The notes beneath the pieces are model-generated. The model was not told where the DNA came from and did no database searches. It saw only the letters and a list, made by a program, of their open reading frames with translations. Shown piece by piece: positions 1 through 10,666 of a DNA stretch of 64,000 nt. The translations under genes and the position numbers were made by a program. The DNA lies in the NCBI GenBank assembly GCA_051942205.1, contig JAVECO010000029.1:62001-126000 (forward strand), in the 5' to 3' direction. Source of the DNA: Coniocarpon cinnabarinum (taxonomy: Eukaryota). How positions within the stretch are numbered: position 1 is the first letter of the stretch; the number at the start of each line of letters is the position of its first letter.

Positions 1-2909
1 ACTTCGTCATCTGGCACAATGAATTTGTGCAGAGAGCCATCGTCTTCGTCAAAGTCTGAGTCCAGATCCGAGTCAGGGTCGGAATCAGTATCAGACTGGC
101 CATCGTTGAGAGCATCTTCGCCGAACTTCTCCTTGTATGCATCAGGCAGATGCACCTTCTGGAAAAGATTGTAGGTGAGGACTTTGCGCGGATCAACAGT
201 TTGACGACACTCTGGACACTTGACGTTCGACGCATCCTCGCGCCGCTGTGCGGCTAAGGAGGGATCCATCATCTTTGTGAAACAGTCAGAGCAGACATCA
301 TGACCACAGGGGAAAAAGATTGTAGGATTCTCCGACCCATCGTAACAGACTGGACATTCGAAAGCCCCATCGGCGTCCTTGATGCGCTGCACTGCACCGG
401 CGTCAAGATCACCTGCGTAATTGACCATTTGGGCCTCAGTCGCTTCAGCTCCAACAGGTATTGCATGGTCTTCGATAAGATGCGGATGATCACAAACTTG
501 CCGCAGACGCAGCAGCATGACGAGGATATTGGAATAGTTTCTGCCCACTGTCCCAGCATCGAGATACCTGTTAAATTGGAGTTGCGATTTGTGCTCGATG
601 TGATCGTAGAACGCCCTCTGGTCGTCATCAAATTCAGCATTATCCTCGCCCACGAAACGTTCCTTGAGATTGAGGATTGGTCTGTCATCGATCTTGCTGT
701 CCTTGGTCCGCCGAATCATGATGACCTTGAGCAGTGCTTGCAAACACTTCATCGTCTTTGCTTTGACCCTCTCGCTGCAATTGCGCTTCAATGGTCCAAA
801 CGTCTTAGTGAATTTGGTCAGATCGTTGTAAGGCGGAATCCTTAGAAATCTGATGAGCGAATAGAGCTCTTCCACGCTGTTCATCATCGGCGTCCCAGTC
901 ATGACAAGACGGTGCTCGGCCTGCAGGCGACAGGTGGCCTGAGCAGCGTTGGTGTTGCGGCCCTTGATAGCTTGCGCCTCATCAAGAATGACCCGGTACC
1001 AACGACAGTTATCTCCCAGAAGGTTGAGTTCAGGTTTTGGCTCATTGTACGAAGCATCTTCAATCTTTTTAGCTTCCCAGCCAAGCAATCGTTTAAGCTC
1101 TGCACCAAGAGTGCCATAAGAGGTGAGCACGACATCGTACTGAGCCAGGCCTGTATATTTTGTTTTCAAGGCGCTCGCTCCGTGGTAGATGAAGACCCGC
1201 AACTTCTGCGAAGTTCGCACTTTGGTCTCAATTTCTTTCTGCCATTGTCGCAGCAAGGCCACAGGTGCAACAATGATAGTAGTCTTTACAGATGTATCGT
1301 TGGACGGACGCGAAAGCATGAGTGCCAGAGCTTGAATCGTCTTTCCCAGACCCATGTCGTCTGCAAGAATGCCGCCCTTGCGAGGAGACTCTTCTTGTTC
1401 TTTGAGCCAACCAAGACCAATTTTTTGATGCTCCATCAATGGAACTTTGAGAGCGGCAGGTCCACCCTCGCGCTTTTCCCGTGGAATCTCCTCGTCTGGC
1501 TGAATGTCCTCCAATAGCTGAGCAATCTCTTCCTTCGTTTTAGCAGGATCACTGAGCATATATTCCATATTCCTGTCCCGAATGTCGTTCAGCTGCTGAC
1601 TCGTCCAACCGCTCGGTCCAGGCTCAGCGTTGTTTACGTTGTATCCAAACACTGATTCCCCACCGCGTCCATGGACTGAACCGTAATTTGACCGAGGTTC
1701 GCTCATTGATGGTAAGGTGATGGACGGAGGTCGCGCAAATGCCGAGCCCGGTATGCCACCAATGAAATTTTTCAGTCGCTGCATTGTAGTCATGTCATTA
1801 TTTCCGTAGTTGCCGATATGACCCTGGAAACCAGAAGAGCTCGGCTGCGAGAAGGCACTTGAGTTGTAAGCAGTCGCTGAATTCCACGGATCATTCGGAA
1901 AAGCGCCCGGGATGTCCGGTTGACCAAAGCGGCTGGAAGAGTAAGACTGCATGTTTGGGCCATGTGGTGAGGGCCCTAGAGTTCGGTGGTTGGGACGAAA
2001 TTGCTGCGGAGAGATCAACTCGACATCGTCGTCACTAGTGTCGGTCGAGGGTGGTTGATCCGCGTTATATGTTCTCCCAAGCGCGCTGCTGGAGGCAGAG
2101 TCGAACACGTTTTGCGGCTCGTGTTTGACATGCGGCGAGTTTGGCTGCAAAGATGTCGCAGTTGCGTGAGGACGATGAGGGAAGGATTGTGGTTGCTGAG
2201 GTCTGGCGAATGAATTGTCATGTAATTGCAATGGCGCTACATTCTCAACTGAAGGAGCAATACTTGGTGTGCCTCCAAAGTCTTGAGCGAGTTGACGAGC
2301 AAATTCCCTATCTCGGCGTTCTTGTTCAAAGCGAGCTTCTTGCTCCTGCAGGCGTCTCTTGTAGTTGTCAAACACCCGCTCTTGAGATGGCGCGATGCTC
2401 AGCTCTTCCAAAGAATCATCTGACACCGAACTGCTCCCTGTCGTTGGTCGGAGAGTCTGACCCATTCGGCGGATTTTGTGGTTTCCAGCAGGGGACTCAA
2501 GGTTTGACCCTGTTCGCTGTCTTTTCAAATGCCCGCTCGAGGACTCAGACGCGTACGTCTCAGCCTGGTCAGGCACAATCTCGGTCAAGTCTCGAGCTGC
2601 ACCATTTCGATTAGACGTGTAGAATGGAACCGAACCCTGTGAGGCCCAATTCGGCAGACCAGGTTCCGTAAGGCACGCAAGATTACCATTGACGGGTGTC
2701 TGATGATGTTGTGAGGGATGTAACGAAGGAGGCAACCGCTTTGCGGACAACAAGCTCTCACAGTGGTCGCGCTGAGATTTAAGCTCTTTATGTCGTTGCG
2801 GGTAGTCGTCAGAGCCTGGGTCAAGTGACTCAAGGAGAGTCTCGATAAGTATCTTGTTCTCTTCAATATCCTCGACACTCGAATGCTGGGTGACTTCTAC
2901 AGCATCCAT
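1..2909 (-). CDS. SNF2-family helicase/ATPase with RING finger (Uls1/Ris1-like), 3' end beyond window edge
   Basis: Absent from the ORF track because it has no stop in the window. Minus-strand ATG at 2909 (MDAVEVTQHSS) is in frame with GGILADDMGLGKTIQ (about 1380-1335) and with the RING motif CPVCYDG..PCGHDVCSDC (about 360-280). Confidence 0.85.
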   Translation of the reverse strand, partial: MDAVEVTQHSSVEDIEENKILIETLLESLDPGSDDYPQRHKELKSQRDHCESLLSAKRLPPSLHPSQHHQTPVNGNLACLTEPGLPNWASQGSVPFYTSNRNGAARDLTEIVPDQAETYASESSSGHLKRQRTGSNLESPAGNHKIRRMGQTLRPTTGSSSVSDDSLEELSIAPSQERVFDNYKRRLQEQEARFEQERRDREFARQLAQDFGGTPSIAPSVENVAPLQLHDNSFARPQQPQSFPHRPHATATSLQPNSPHVKHEPQNVFDSASSSALGRTYNADQPPSTDTSDDDVELISPQQFRPNHRTLGPSPHGPNMQSYSSSRFGQPDIPGAFPNDPWNSATAYNSSAFSQPSSSGFQGHIGNYGNNDMTTMQRLKNFIGGIPGSAFARPPSITLPSMSEPRSNYGSVHGRGGESVFGYNVNNAEPGPSGWTSQQLNDIRDRNMEYMLSDPAKTKEEIAQLLEDIQPDEEIPREKREGGPAALKVPLMEHQKIGLGWLKEQEESPRKGGILADDMGLGKTIQALALMLSRPSNDTSVKTTIIVAPVALLRQWQKEIETKVRTSQKLRVFIYHGASALKTKYTGLAQYDVVLTSYGTLGAELKRLLGWEAKKIEDASYNEPKPELNLLGDNCRWYRVILDEAQAIKGRNTNAAQATCRLQAEHRLVMTGTPMMNSVEELYSLIRFLRIPPYNDLTKFTKTFGPLKRNCSERVKAKTMKCLQALLKVIMIRRTKDSKIDDRPILNLKERFVGEDNAEFDDDQRAFYDHIEHKSQLQFNRYLDAGTVGRNYSNILVMLLRLRQVCDHPHLIEDHAIPVGAEATEAQMVNYAGDLDAGAVQRIKDADGAFECPVCYDGSENPTIFFPCGHDVCSDCFTKMMDPSLAAQRREDASNVKCPECRQTVDPRKVLTYNLFQKVHLPDAYKEKFGEDALNDGQSDTDSDPDSDLDSDFDEDDGSLHKFIVPDDE

Positions 2910-3799
2910 ATCGCGATGTGTTGCGTGCGTGCGTGCGCAGCTACAGCTGCTAGCAGTACTGTACAATCAGGCGCGGCGAATTACAAAGCTCATAAAGGTT
3001 GTAAGTAGCGGATGGCGTGTGTTTATGGAAACACGGTGAGTAGAAGTGATTGAAACGAGGCCGAGGTTGTAGGACAGTTGGGAGGCAAGAGGTCATGAAA
3101 ATAAAGAGCGAAATGACCACGCACCAGACGGTAATCATTCAGATATTGTAGGCATGCGCGTCAGGCAGACGCTGTGCCGCCGCAGTAACAGCAGTGTGCA
3201 GCTCCATCAAGCTCCATGACACCTCAGGCACCTATAGTAGATAAGTGAGGTGATTCACCTCTTCGACTTGACAGTGCCTGAACAGGCGCGTCAGGCGCTA
3301 GGCTGGATTGGTACTAGCGCGGCGCGTGATATCAGAGCTCCGGTCGGTGTTAACGAAAGAAGCAGCTGAATGCAGAATGTTTCCTCACCGAACTTCTGCT
3401 CTCTCTCCGCGACTCCCTCTTCCCCGATCGACTCTCCCACAGCACCATTCGGCCTTGCTCATACTTTGCACCGCCGGCGTTGTCCTCCGTTGCAGGCCAG
3501 TCGACTGCGATTCACAATGTTGTCCTTTGACATCGGCTTGATATTGCACTGGAGGGGCAGCCCGACCTGAAAGTCGGGTCATACAGACGCCCGTCTCTAG
3601 GCATTGTTCGCCGACCCTCAGAGGCTGCGTTTGCCGTGGCCTGCGCTGACATCTCATTTGAGTGTTTTCTGCTGCGCATCGTTTGTATCTGCCACAGTCA
3701 TAACGTCCGTCGCCACAGATTCACATAGCCACCCCGCATCAACGCCCCCATCAAGTTTTTCCCACTCAATTCAGGCATACAAATCCGCCGAACTCTTGG

Positions 3800-5932
3800 A
3801 TGCCTCCGATAAATGGCGAGCCTGGAGAGCAGAATGGCTTCCGTGCCCCACAGCCAAGGCGCCAGCAGAGTGGACACTCGGAGCTTGCAAGGACTACCTT
3901 GATCACCAAGTCCTCATTTTCTGGGCGACAGGCTGATGGATCCTACGATCCAAAGACCGCGCCGGATCATGACCAGCTCCGACCTCAGCCAGCATCCCGT
4001 CCAACCTGGATGTCTTCTGCCTCTGACACGCCGCTGCCAACTGCTCCACCAAGTCCGAGCATCCTCCCAAACCCACCGGGGCCGCTTCAGAGTCCCGGCC
4101 CAAAACGTCAGGGCTCCGGTGACCCGTTCAATCGCATGCGTGCAACGACACTAAATATACCGGGCTTGACAAAATCGAAGGTTTCGCCCGACGGGAAAAT
4201 TTCTCAGCGAGATGTTGGCTCGAAGCTCGTCATTGTGATGGTCGGCTTGCCTGCACGTGGGAAAAGTTACATCACCAAGAAGATCGCGCGGTATCTCAAC
4301 TGGTTACAACACGACACAAAGATCTTCAATGTAGGAGAGCGACGCCGTGTAGCCGCTGGTGGCTCGGTGTTCCGCAACGACAGCGAGCAATTCCGCAAAT
4401 CACTTAATGCTATTAGAGAAGGCATCGCCAACACAGAATTGAGATCGAACGGAAGCTCGCATGGTAAAAGTTCGAGGAGGAGTGGCTCCACATCAATCCC
4501 AGTAAGTGAGGCTAATCACAGAACTTCCTCAAAAGCGAGCATAGTTCAAGGCACGCCCAAGACCAGGAATGGAGTCAGCCCGAATCAAATGCCTGATTTG
4601 CACTTACCCGCCGCCTCAAAAGTGAATGGCAGCCCCAGCAAGACCACCAATACGATGGATCAATCAGCAAATTTCTTCGATCCAAGCAACAGGAAAGCTG
4701 CTATCATTCGTGAGCAAGCAGCACTCGATACACTGAATGCTTTACTCGACTACATTTTGATCGAAGGTGGCTCTGTCGGCATTCTCGATGCTACCAACAG
4801 CACTTTGGAACGTCGCAAACTCGTCATGAAGCAGCTGAGGGAACGTGCTGGACCTGATCTCAATGTACTATTTCTGGAGAGTCTCTGCCTCGATGAGGAG
4901 TTGCTGGAGCGCAATATTCGGCTGAAGCTGTCAGGTCCTGACTACAAAGGCAGAGACCCCGATGCATCCTTGGCCGATTTCAAGCAGCGGATCGAGATTT
5001 ATCAGAAGAACTATGTGCCACTCGGCGAATATGAAGAGAAGAACGGCATGCCTTACGTTCAGATGATCGATGTGGGCCGAAAGGTCATTTCGCATCAAAT
5101 CAAGGGATTCTTGTCCTCTCAAGCTGTGTACTATCTGTTGAACTTCAACCTGGCGCCGAGACAGATTTGGATCACCCGTCATGGTGAGAGCTTTGACAAT
5201 CGTAGCGGGAATATCGGTGGAGATGCCGATTTGTCTCCAATGGGTCATCAATTCGCGCAAGCAATGACAAAATTCATCAACTTTCAACGTAAGGAATGGG
5301 AGATACACGAGCGCGAGAAGGTTGAGTCTGCACAGCTATCCCCGCAGCCAGGAGACACAACGCCGCCGAATCCTCATTATGACGCCGAAGAGTCCGTCTA
5401 TCTGGAGAAGAACTTTTGTGTGTGGACATCCATGCTGAAGCGTAGCATCGAGACGGCCGCCTACTTTGACGAAGAAGATTTCGATATCAAGCAGATGCGA
5501 ATGCTCAACGAACTTTTCGCGGGCCATCTCGAAGGTATGACGTACGCGCAAATTCGCTCGACATATCCGCACGAATATGCCAGTCGTGTGATGGACAAGT
5601 TGCACTACAGGTATCCGGGACCTGGTGGCGAAGGTTATCTCGATATTATTAACCGGGTCCGCGCAGTGATTGTAGAGCTCGAACGCATGACGGACCATTG
5701 CCTCATCATCAGCCACCGCAGTGTCGTTCGGGTACTTCTTGCATACTTTCAAGGACTCAGCCGGGAAAGGGTGTGTGACCTGAATGTTCCAATCGGCATG
5801 GTCTACTGCCTGGAGCCGAAGCCATATGGTGTGGACCTGAAGGCGTATCGATACAACACAGATGACGAGTGGTTTGACTTACAGCCAGACTTTGAGCTAC
5901 AGAATGCGGTGTCACACCACGACCCGACCTGA
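3800..5932 (+). CDS. PFK26: 6-phosphofructo-2-kinase / fructose-2,6-bisphosphatase family (Pfk26-like)
   Basis: 710-aa ORF with VMVGLPARGKS P-loop, DATN motif, and RHGES histidine-phosphatase motif. Confidence 0.9.
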   Translation: MPPINGEPGEQNGFRAPQPRRQQSGHSELARTTLITKSSFSGRQADGSYDPKTAPDHDQLRPQPASRPTWMSSASDTPLPTAPPSPSILPNPPGPLQSPGPKRQGSGDPFNRMRATTLNIPGLTKSKVSPDGKISQRDVGSKLVIVMVGLPARGKSYITKKIARYLNWLQHDTKIFNVGERRRVAAGGSVFRNDSEQFRKSLNAIREGIANTELRSNGSSHGKSSRRSGSTSIPVSEANHRTSSKASIVQGTPKTRNGVSPNQMPDLHLPAASKVNGSPSKTTNTMDQSANFFDPSNRKAAIIREQAALDTLNALLDYILIEGGSVGILDATNSTLERRKLVMKQLRERAGPDLNVLFLESLCLDEELLERNIRLKLSGPDYKGRDPDASLADFKQRIEIYQKNYVPLGEYEEKNGMPYVQMIDVGRKVISHQIKGFLSSQAVYYLLNFNLAPRQIWITRHGESFDNRSGNIGGDADLSPMGHQFAQAMTKFINFQRKEWEIHEREKVESAQLSPQPGDTTPPNPHYDAEESVYLEKNFCVWTSMLKRSIETAAYFDEEDFDIKQMRMLNELFAGHLEGMTYAQIRSTYPHEYASRVMDKLHYRYPGPGGEGYLDIINRVRAVIVELERMTDHCLIISHRSVVRVLLAYFQGLSRERVCDLNVPIGMVYCLEPKPYGVDLKAYRYNTDDEWFDLQPDFELQNAVSHHDPT

Positions 5933-6844
5933 AGTAGGTAGCGTTCCCATGTTGACGACCTGTATCCTAGTGAATTCAACATTTCCTTCTCTGCATGCAT
6001 TGATGACGGTTGAGTCGGAGATGAATTCTTCCATCTTGCAGTACAATTGTGATAGCGTACAATTCGTTCACATTGCGGTCATATCGTCTGACCTGCCAAA
6101 GAGCTTACGTGGCTTCTGCCATGAGAATGCTTCTGACGTGAGCATTGGAAGTCTGCTACGCTTTTATCCAAGACGCAAGCACTCACAAGACAGCATCACA
6201 GCAGGGTGGCTGTTTGCGTCAAAAGCTGTACTCCACGAGCTGCTGTCACGCCGTACCTGCAGGAGCGTTTTAGAGTTCATGAGCGACCTTCCACGAAGCT
6301 CACAAGTGGGCCGCGTGGGCGTCGATCGTCTGTTTCATGGACGAAATGCTACGAACGCCACAAATTGTTGGTTAATTTCATGACCCTGTCCGGATTATCT
6401 GAGGAGAAATACACTGTCACGACTTGACAGCGGCAAAAGGAATTGTAGATCGATGACCAATCTGCCGGCCCTCATATACCTTCCCCTTTGGCCTTCAAGT
6501 CTGATGTTGACTCGCGCAAGCTCCACATCCAATCGACACATCTTCAGACTACCGAAGCACGACATGAATCGGTTCAAGGTACACGACCAATGAGTGTTCC
6601 CGTGTTCGTAACCCATCTGCGTAGCTCTGCGGTAGTGCGCAGCTCCACGCATTGTGACGCATGAATTTTGCAAAGTGGTCAAGCAGTACCAGGAGGAAAA
6701 ATGCCGCTGCCCCGACGAGCACCACCATCGTGGTGCTCCATGATGACGGCGGTGGAGTGCAGAACCCGCGAAGATTGATAAAATGTGCCTTCGCACCGTG
6801 GTTCTCGAGAGTCGTAGCCAGAAGCGTACTGCCTATAGAAGAAG

Positions 6845-9041
6845 ATGAAGTCCTTCGCTGTGCCTTTCATTTTCTCCAGTCTTCTCCTCTCTGCTTCTGC
6901 GGCCCCTCAGGATGCTGCTGGTCTCCATAGCTCCGTGAGACGGCAGGCTACTAACACGACAGGTCCGGTTGTAGACCTTGGGTATGAGAGCTACCGTGGT
7001 GTTTCCAATGACTCGACTGGCCTGAACACCTTCAAAGGGTACGCCGAGGCCCGCTTCAATGCAAAAGCTTCGACGCTAAGACCATCACCAGGATACGCTT
7101 CGCGGCTCCGCCCACAGGCGAGAACAGGTGGCAGCCTCCACAAACCCCGGCGAACAACCGCAGCAGCATCATTGATGCTAACGCGTTGGCCTCTCGATGT
7201 CCGCAGTCGGGCGACGCACCGTACAATGGTGATGCGTGCTACAACCTGCAAGGGCAAGATTCCTTACCTGAGAGCTGCATGAACTCTTCGTACTTTCAGC
7301 GATCGATCATGGGTAGCGAAGATTGTTTGTTCCTGAATGTCTACGCTCCCTCCGACGCCAAAGACCTACCTGTGTTGTTTTGGATCCGTAGGTCATCTTT
7401 ACATATGAGAGACATGTCCACTCCTTGACTGACCTTTAACTTCGTCCAGACGGCGGCGGCTACGGAGCAGGCTCGGGTGCTCAAGATCTCAGTGCCATCA
7501 TCAACGCGAACAACAATAGCTTCATTGGCGTTGCCATTCAATATCGTGTAAGTTCTGCCTGATTGCTCCCGTTACCGCTGCATCTAACAGGACCTCGTAA
7601 ATCAGCTAGGCGCGTTTGGCTTCCTCTCTTCGGACGAGGTCTACCGCTTTGGAACGGTCAATGCGGGCATACTAGACCAGAACTTTGCTTTGCAGTGGGT
7701 ACAACAACACATCGACAAGTTTGGCGGCGATGCATCGCGCGTAACCATTGCGGGTGAGAGCGCCGGCGGCGGTTCGGTCATGCTCCAGGATATGGCTTAT
7801 GGTGGAAGCTTGGGAAATTCGCTATTCACCCAATCTATTGTGGCCTCTCCGTACCTGCCCATGCAGTATGGATACGCGGACTGGATCCCCTCACAGTCTT
7901 ACTACGCCTTCGCATACATGACCGGATGCTTCCAAGGCAACCCAACCTTCAACCAGAGCCAAACGATTCTGGAGTGCTTGCGAGGCAAAGACACGGATAT
8001 CCTGCAGCAGGTCAGCGCCATTGTGAGTGCTACAGGCAGATTCGGAACGTGGGGCTTCTTGCCTGTGACAGATGGAAACTTTATTCAAGATCTGCCGAGT
8101 CGACAGCTCGGAGCGAACAAGGTGAACGGCCTGAGGATGTTATCTGGCGTAAGTGTTTCGGCAATGTCCATGTCAAGTCATGTGGTTAACATTGGTTGCA
8201 GAACAACGCGAACGAGGGTGTCAACTTCACTCCCCAGGACATCACGGATGAAGACTCATACCAAGCCTTCCTCAATGAGACGTTCCCTCTCTTCAACAGT
8301 ACAGACTTCACCAATCTCTTCAACACCTACACACCGTCCGCAAGTACGAGCGATGTTCTCTTTGCAACCTTAGGTGACTCAGGACCTACGGCGCTCAACC
8401 AGTCTACCTTCGGCACTGGCTATCAGCAGTCCGCCGACAACATCTACGCCGAGACAACATTCGTCTGCCCGTCCTACTGGCTTGCAGATTCCTATTCGAG
8501 TGCGTCTGGTGCCGGTCGATCTTCATACAAGTATCAATATAGTGTGCCACCTGCTCAGCATGGAAGCGATGTCGCCGGCTACTTTGGTCCACGCTCTTCG
8601 ACCGTGTCTCCGGATTTTGAAATGACCTTCATGACCATTTGGGGTAACTTCATCACGACAGGTGACCCCTCCATCTCGAATGAGATCGCCAATGGCGTCA
8701 GCACTGGCAACAGCTCAGACAATCCCGCAAGCACTTGGCCTGCTTGGACTCTGGATCAGCAGTATATGATCGATTTGAACCAGACTGCTGGGACTCCATC
8801 CACCTTTACGTTTAATGGAACCAACAGCAATCCTGGCATGCCGCCTAGCAACTCAAGCACATTTGCTGTCCCAGCGCCGGATACCGTTTACAATACCACG
8901 AGCGGGAATGGGAACGTCAGCGTGACCGGAGCCCCAGTGCAAAGGAACAATCTTCGACTTGTGGACGCAGCCGATTGGGAAGGCGGACGAGGCGCTCGAT
9001 GTGAGTACTGGAGGCAGGAAGGGCCAAAGGTGCCCGAGTAG
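6845..9041 (+). CDS. Secreted type-B carboxylesterase/lipase (about 4 introns)
   Basis: Signal peptide MKSFAVPFIFSSLLLSASA; SEDCLFLNV, GGG oxyanion region across an intron, GESAGG nucleophile, HGSD catalytic His; GT-AG introns near 7019, 7389, 7548 and 8149. Confidence 0.9.
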
Positions 9042-9168
9042 TCGCTTTGGCAGTTAATCGATCACTGTAATACCGTGACCAACGCCAATTCTGATGCCTT
9101 TACGAGTGGACTGAACTCCTTTCGACATGCGCTTCGCTTAACGTGCACTTGTGTCTTGCTGTGATCCT

Positions 9169-10215
9169 TCAGGACATGACGTCTGTTGCTGGCCTTCCGA
9201 ACCAATTTGCCATCTCCCCCCGCTGATCCCACACGTCCTTGCTGCCTTTTGTGGCCCCAAAGAAGCTCGTCACTTTCATCGAATCTTCTTCGTCTTCCAC
9301 TTCTGGCCAGTCGACGCGGCACGCATTCTCGCCCTCCAGACGACTTTTCGCCGTGTCCCAGCTGAATCTGCACTCCGGTCCCCATCCAAAAAGCGGGTCC
9401 ATATTCCTTTCCAGCCACTTCTTGCAACGTGCATCCGATGGGTACCCTGATCCCCAACCCTTGGTAGCCATACTGCTCTCGACTTGTTGACCAGGCTCTG
9501 GTCCCGACTTCTGCTCATAAGCCTCGTAGCTGACCTCCAATGCTGCATCTCTTGTTACCTTGGCGCAGACACTCGCCGCTGAGACGCAGGGGTACAACGA
9601 ATCTGCTTTCTTGGCCACTGTGATTCGTTTCGTCGGAAACACCAGTTCAAGCTTCTTCTGATAGACTTCAGGCTTGCCGATCGTATCGATGTAAATGTCA
9701 GAGACGTTGACGCCAGCTGCGCACACGTCATGGATGAGTGCAATGGTCGCGTCCATGGCTTGATTATTCAAGTTGTATGTGCCCGTTGCGCGGAGCATAC
9801 CAGCGGAGATGTCAGATGCAGACATGACGCGTGTCGCCCAACCGCAAGAGCCGTGCAGGTCACTGCCTGGGGAGCAAAGTGAGCGCATCAGATTCGAGCG
9901 AATATGCGGCGTCAGGGCTTTGGAGTCGTCGAAATGATGGGTCTGCGTAAGTAGCTTCTCTTCAAGCTCACAGGGAAGATAGAAGACGGCGTATACCATG
10001 GGTCCCAGAACGGGCCCTCGACCGGCTTCATCGATGCCAAGGACACAGGGCGTGTCTGGAGAGGTGGTGAGGTGGGTAGGGAGGGGTGAGAGATGGGTGT
10101 AGGAGGTGCCGGCGTGGACTGCGGATTTAGATACGGAGGGAGGGATGAAGATGTTGGAAGGAGGTGTCTCGACATCAACGTCGACGTCGGCGGCCGTGTG
10201 TTGCTCTTGCGACAT
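9169..10215 (-). CDS. RNH201: Ribonuclease H2 catalytic subunit A
   Basis: LGIDEAGRGPVLGPMVY, DDSK, KADSLYPCVSAASVCAKVTRD, GSGYPSD motifs. Confidence 0.95.
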   Translation of the reverse strand: MSQEQHTAADVDVDVETPPSNIFIPPSVSKSAVHAGTSYTHLSPLPTHLTTSPDTPCVLGIDEAGRGPVLGPMVYAVFYLPCELEEKLLTQTHHFDDSKALTPHIRSNLMRSLCSPGSDLHGSCGWATRVMSASDISAGMLRATGTYNLNNQAMDATIALIHDVCAAGVNVSDIYIDTIGKPEVYQKKLELVFPTKRITVAKKADSLYPCVSAASVCAKVTRDAALEVSYEAYEQKSGPEPGQQVESSMATKGWGSGYPSDARCKKWLERNMDPLFGWGPECRFSWDTAKSRLEGENACRVDWPEVEDEEDSMKVTSFFGATKGSKDVWDQRGEMANWFGRPATDVMS

Positions 10216-10437
10216 CCTTGCTGTGTCAGTGACAGTTTTTGATGCTACTGGTTATATATGATGTCTTCTGGACACTCTTTGTATGTATGAACGAGCTAAT
10301 ACTCTGAGCAAGGAATTCAATCTAGCTCTGGTTCACGATTCGCTCGACGGCACATTGAGACAATTACACGCTGACATAAAACGAGGATGACCTTTGCACA
10401 GTTCCTCCTACGCTTCCATATGGCCAATGTCTAGAAG

Positions 10438-10452
10438 ACGCGTCCGACGCGT
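10438..10452. promoter_or_regulatory. Two MluI cell-cycle box (ACGCGT) motifs in the divergent RNH201/MIF2 promoter
   Basis: ACGCGT at 10438-10443 and 10447-10452 in a 450-bp head-to-head gap; function inferred from yeast MBF sites. Confidence 0.5.
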
Positions 10453-10666
10453 GCCATTCACCTCTCCGGAAGTTTCCGCCCTCGCTACGCTAGTCATATT
10501 TAGAAGTTTCGCGTCAACACGCGCTTGCCCTCTAAACTAACATGAGTTGCGACAACCTCAATTGTGAGTTGTTTTGACTACATAAGCTACTCAATAGAGC
10601 TGCAGAGCTCAGGCGATCTCGCTCGGCCCTCGCAAACTACCGCAGCTCCGTGGGTAACTTTTCGAA

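Noticed and set aside
269..2878. Track ORFs on both strands in the first 2.9 kb
   Set aside because: Shadows of the long minus-strand helicase frame.
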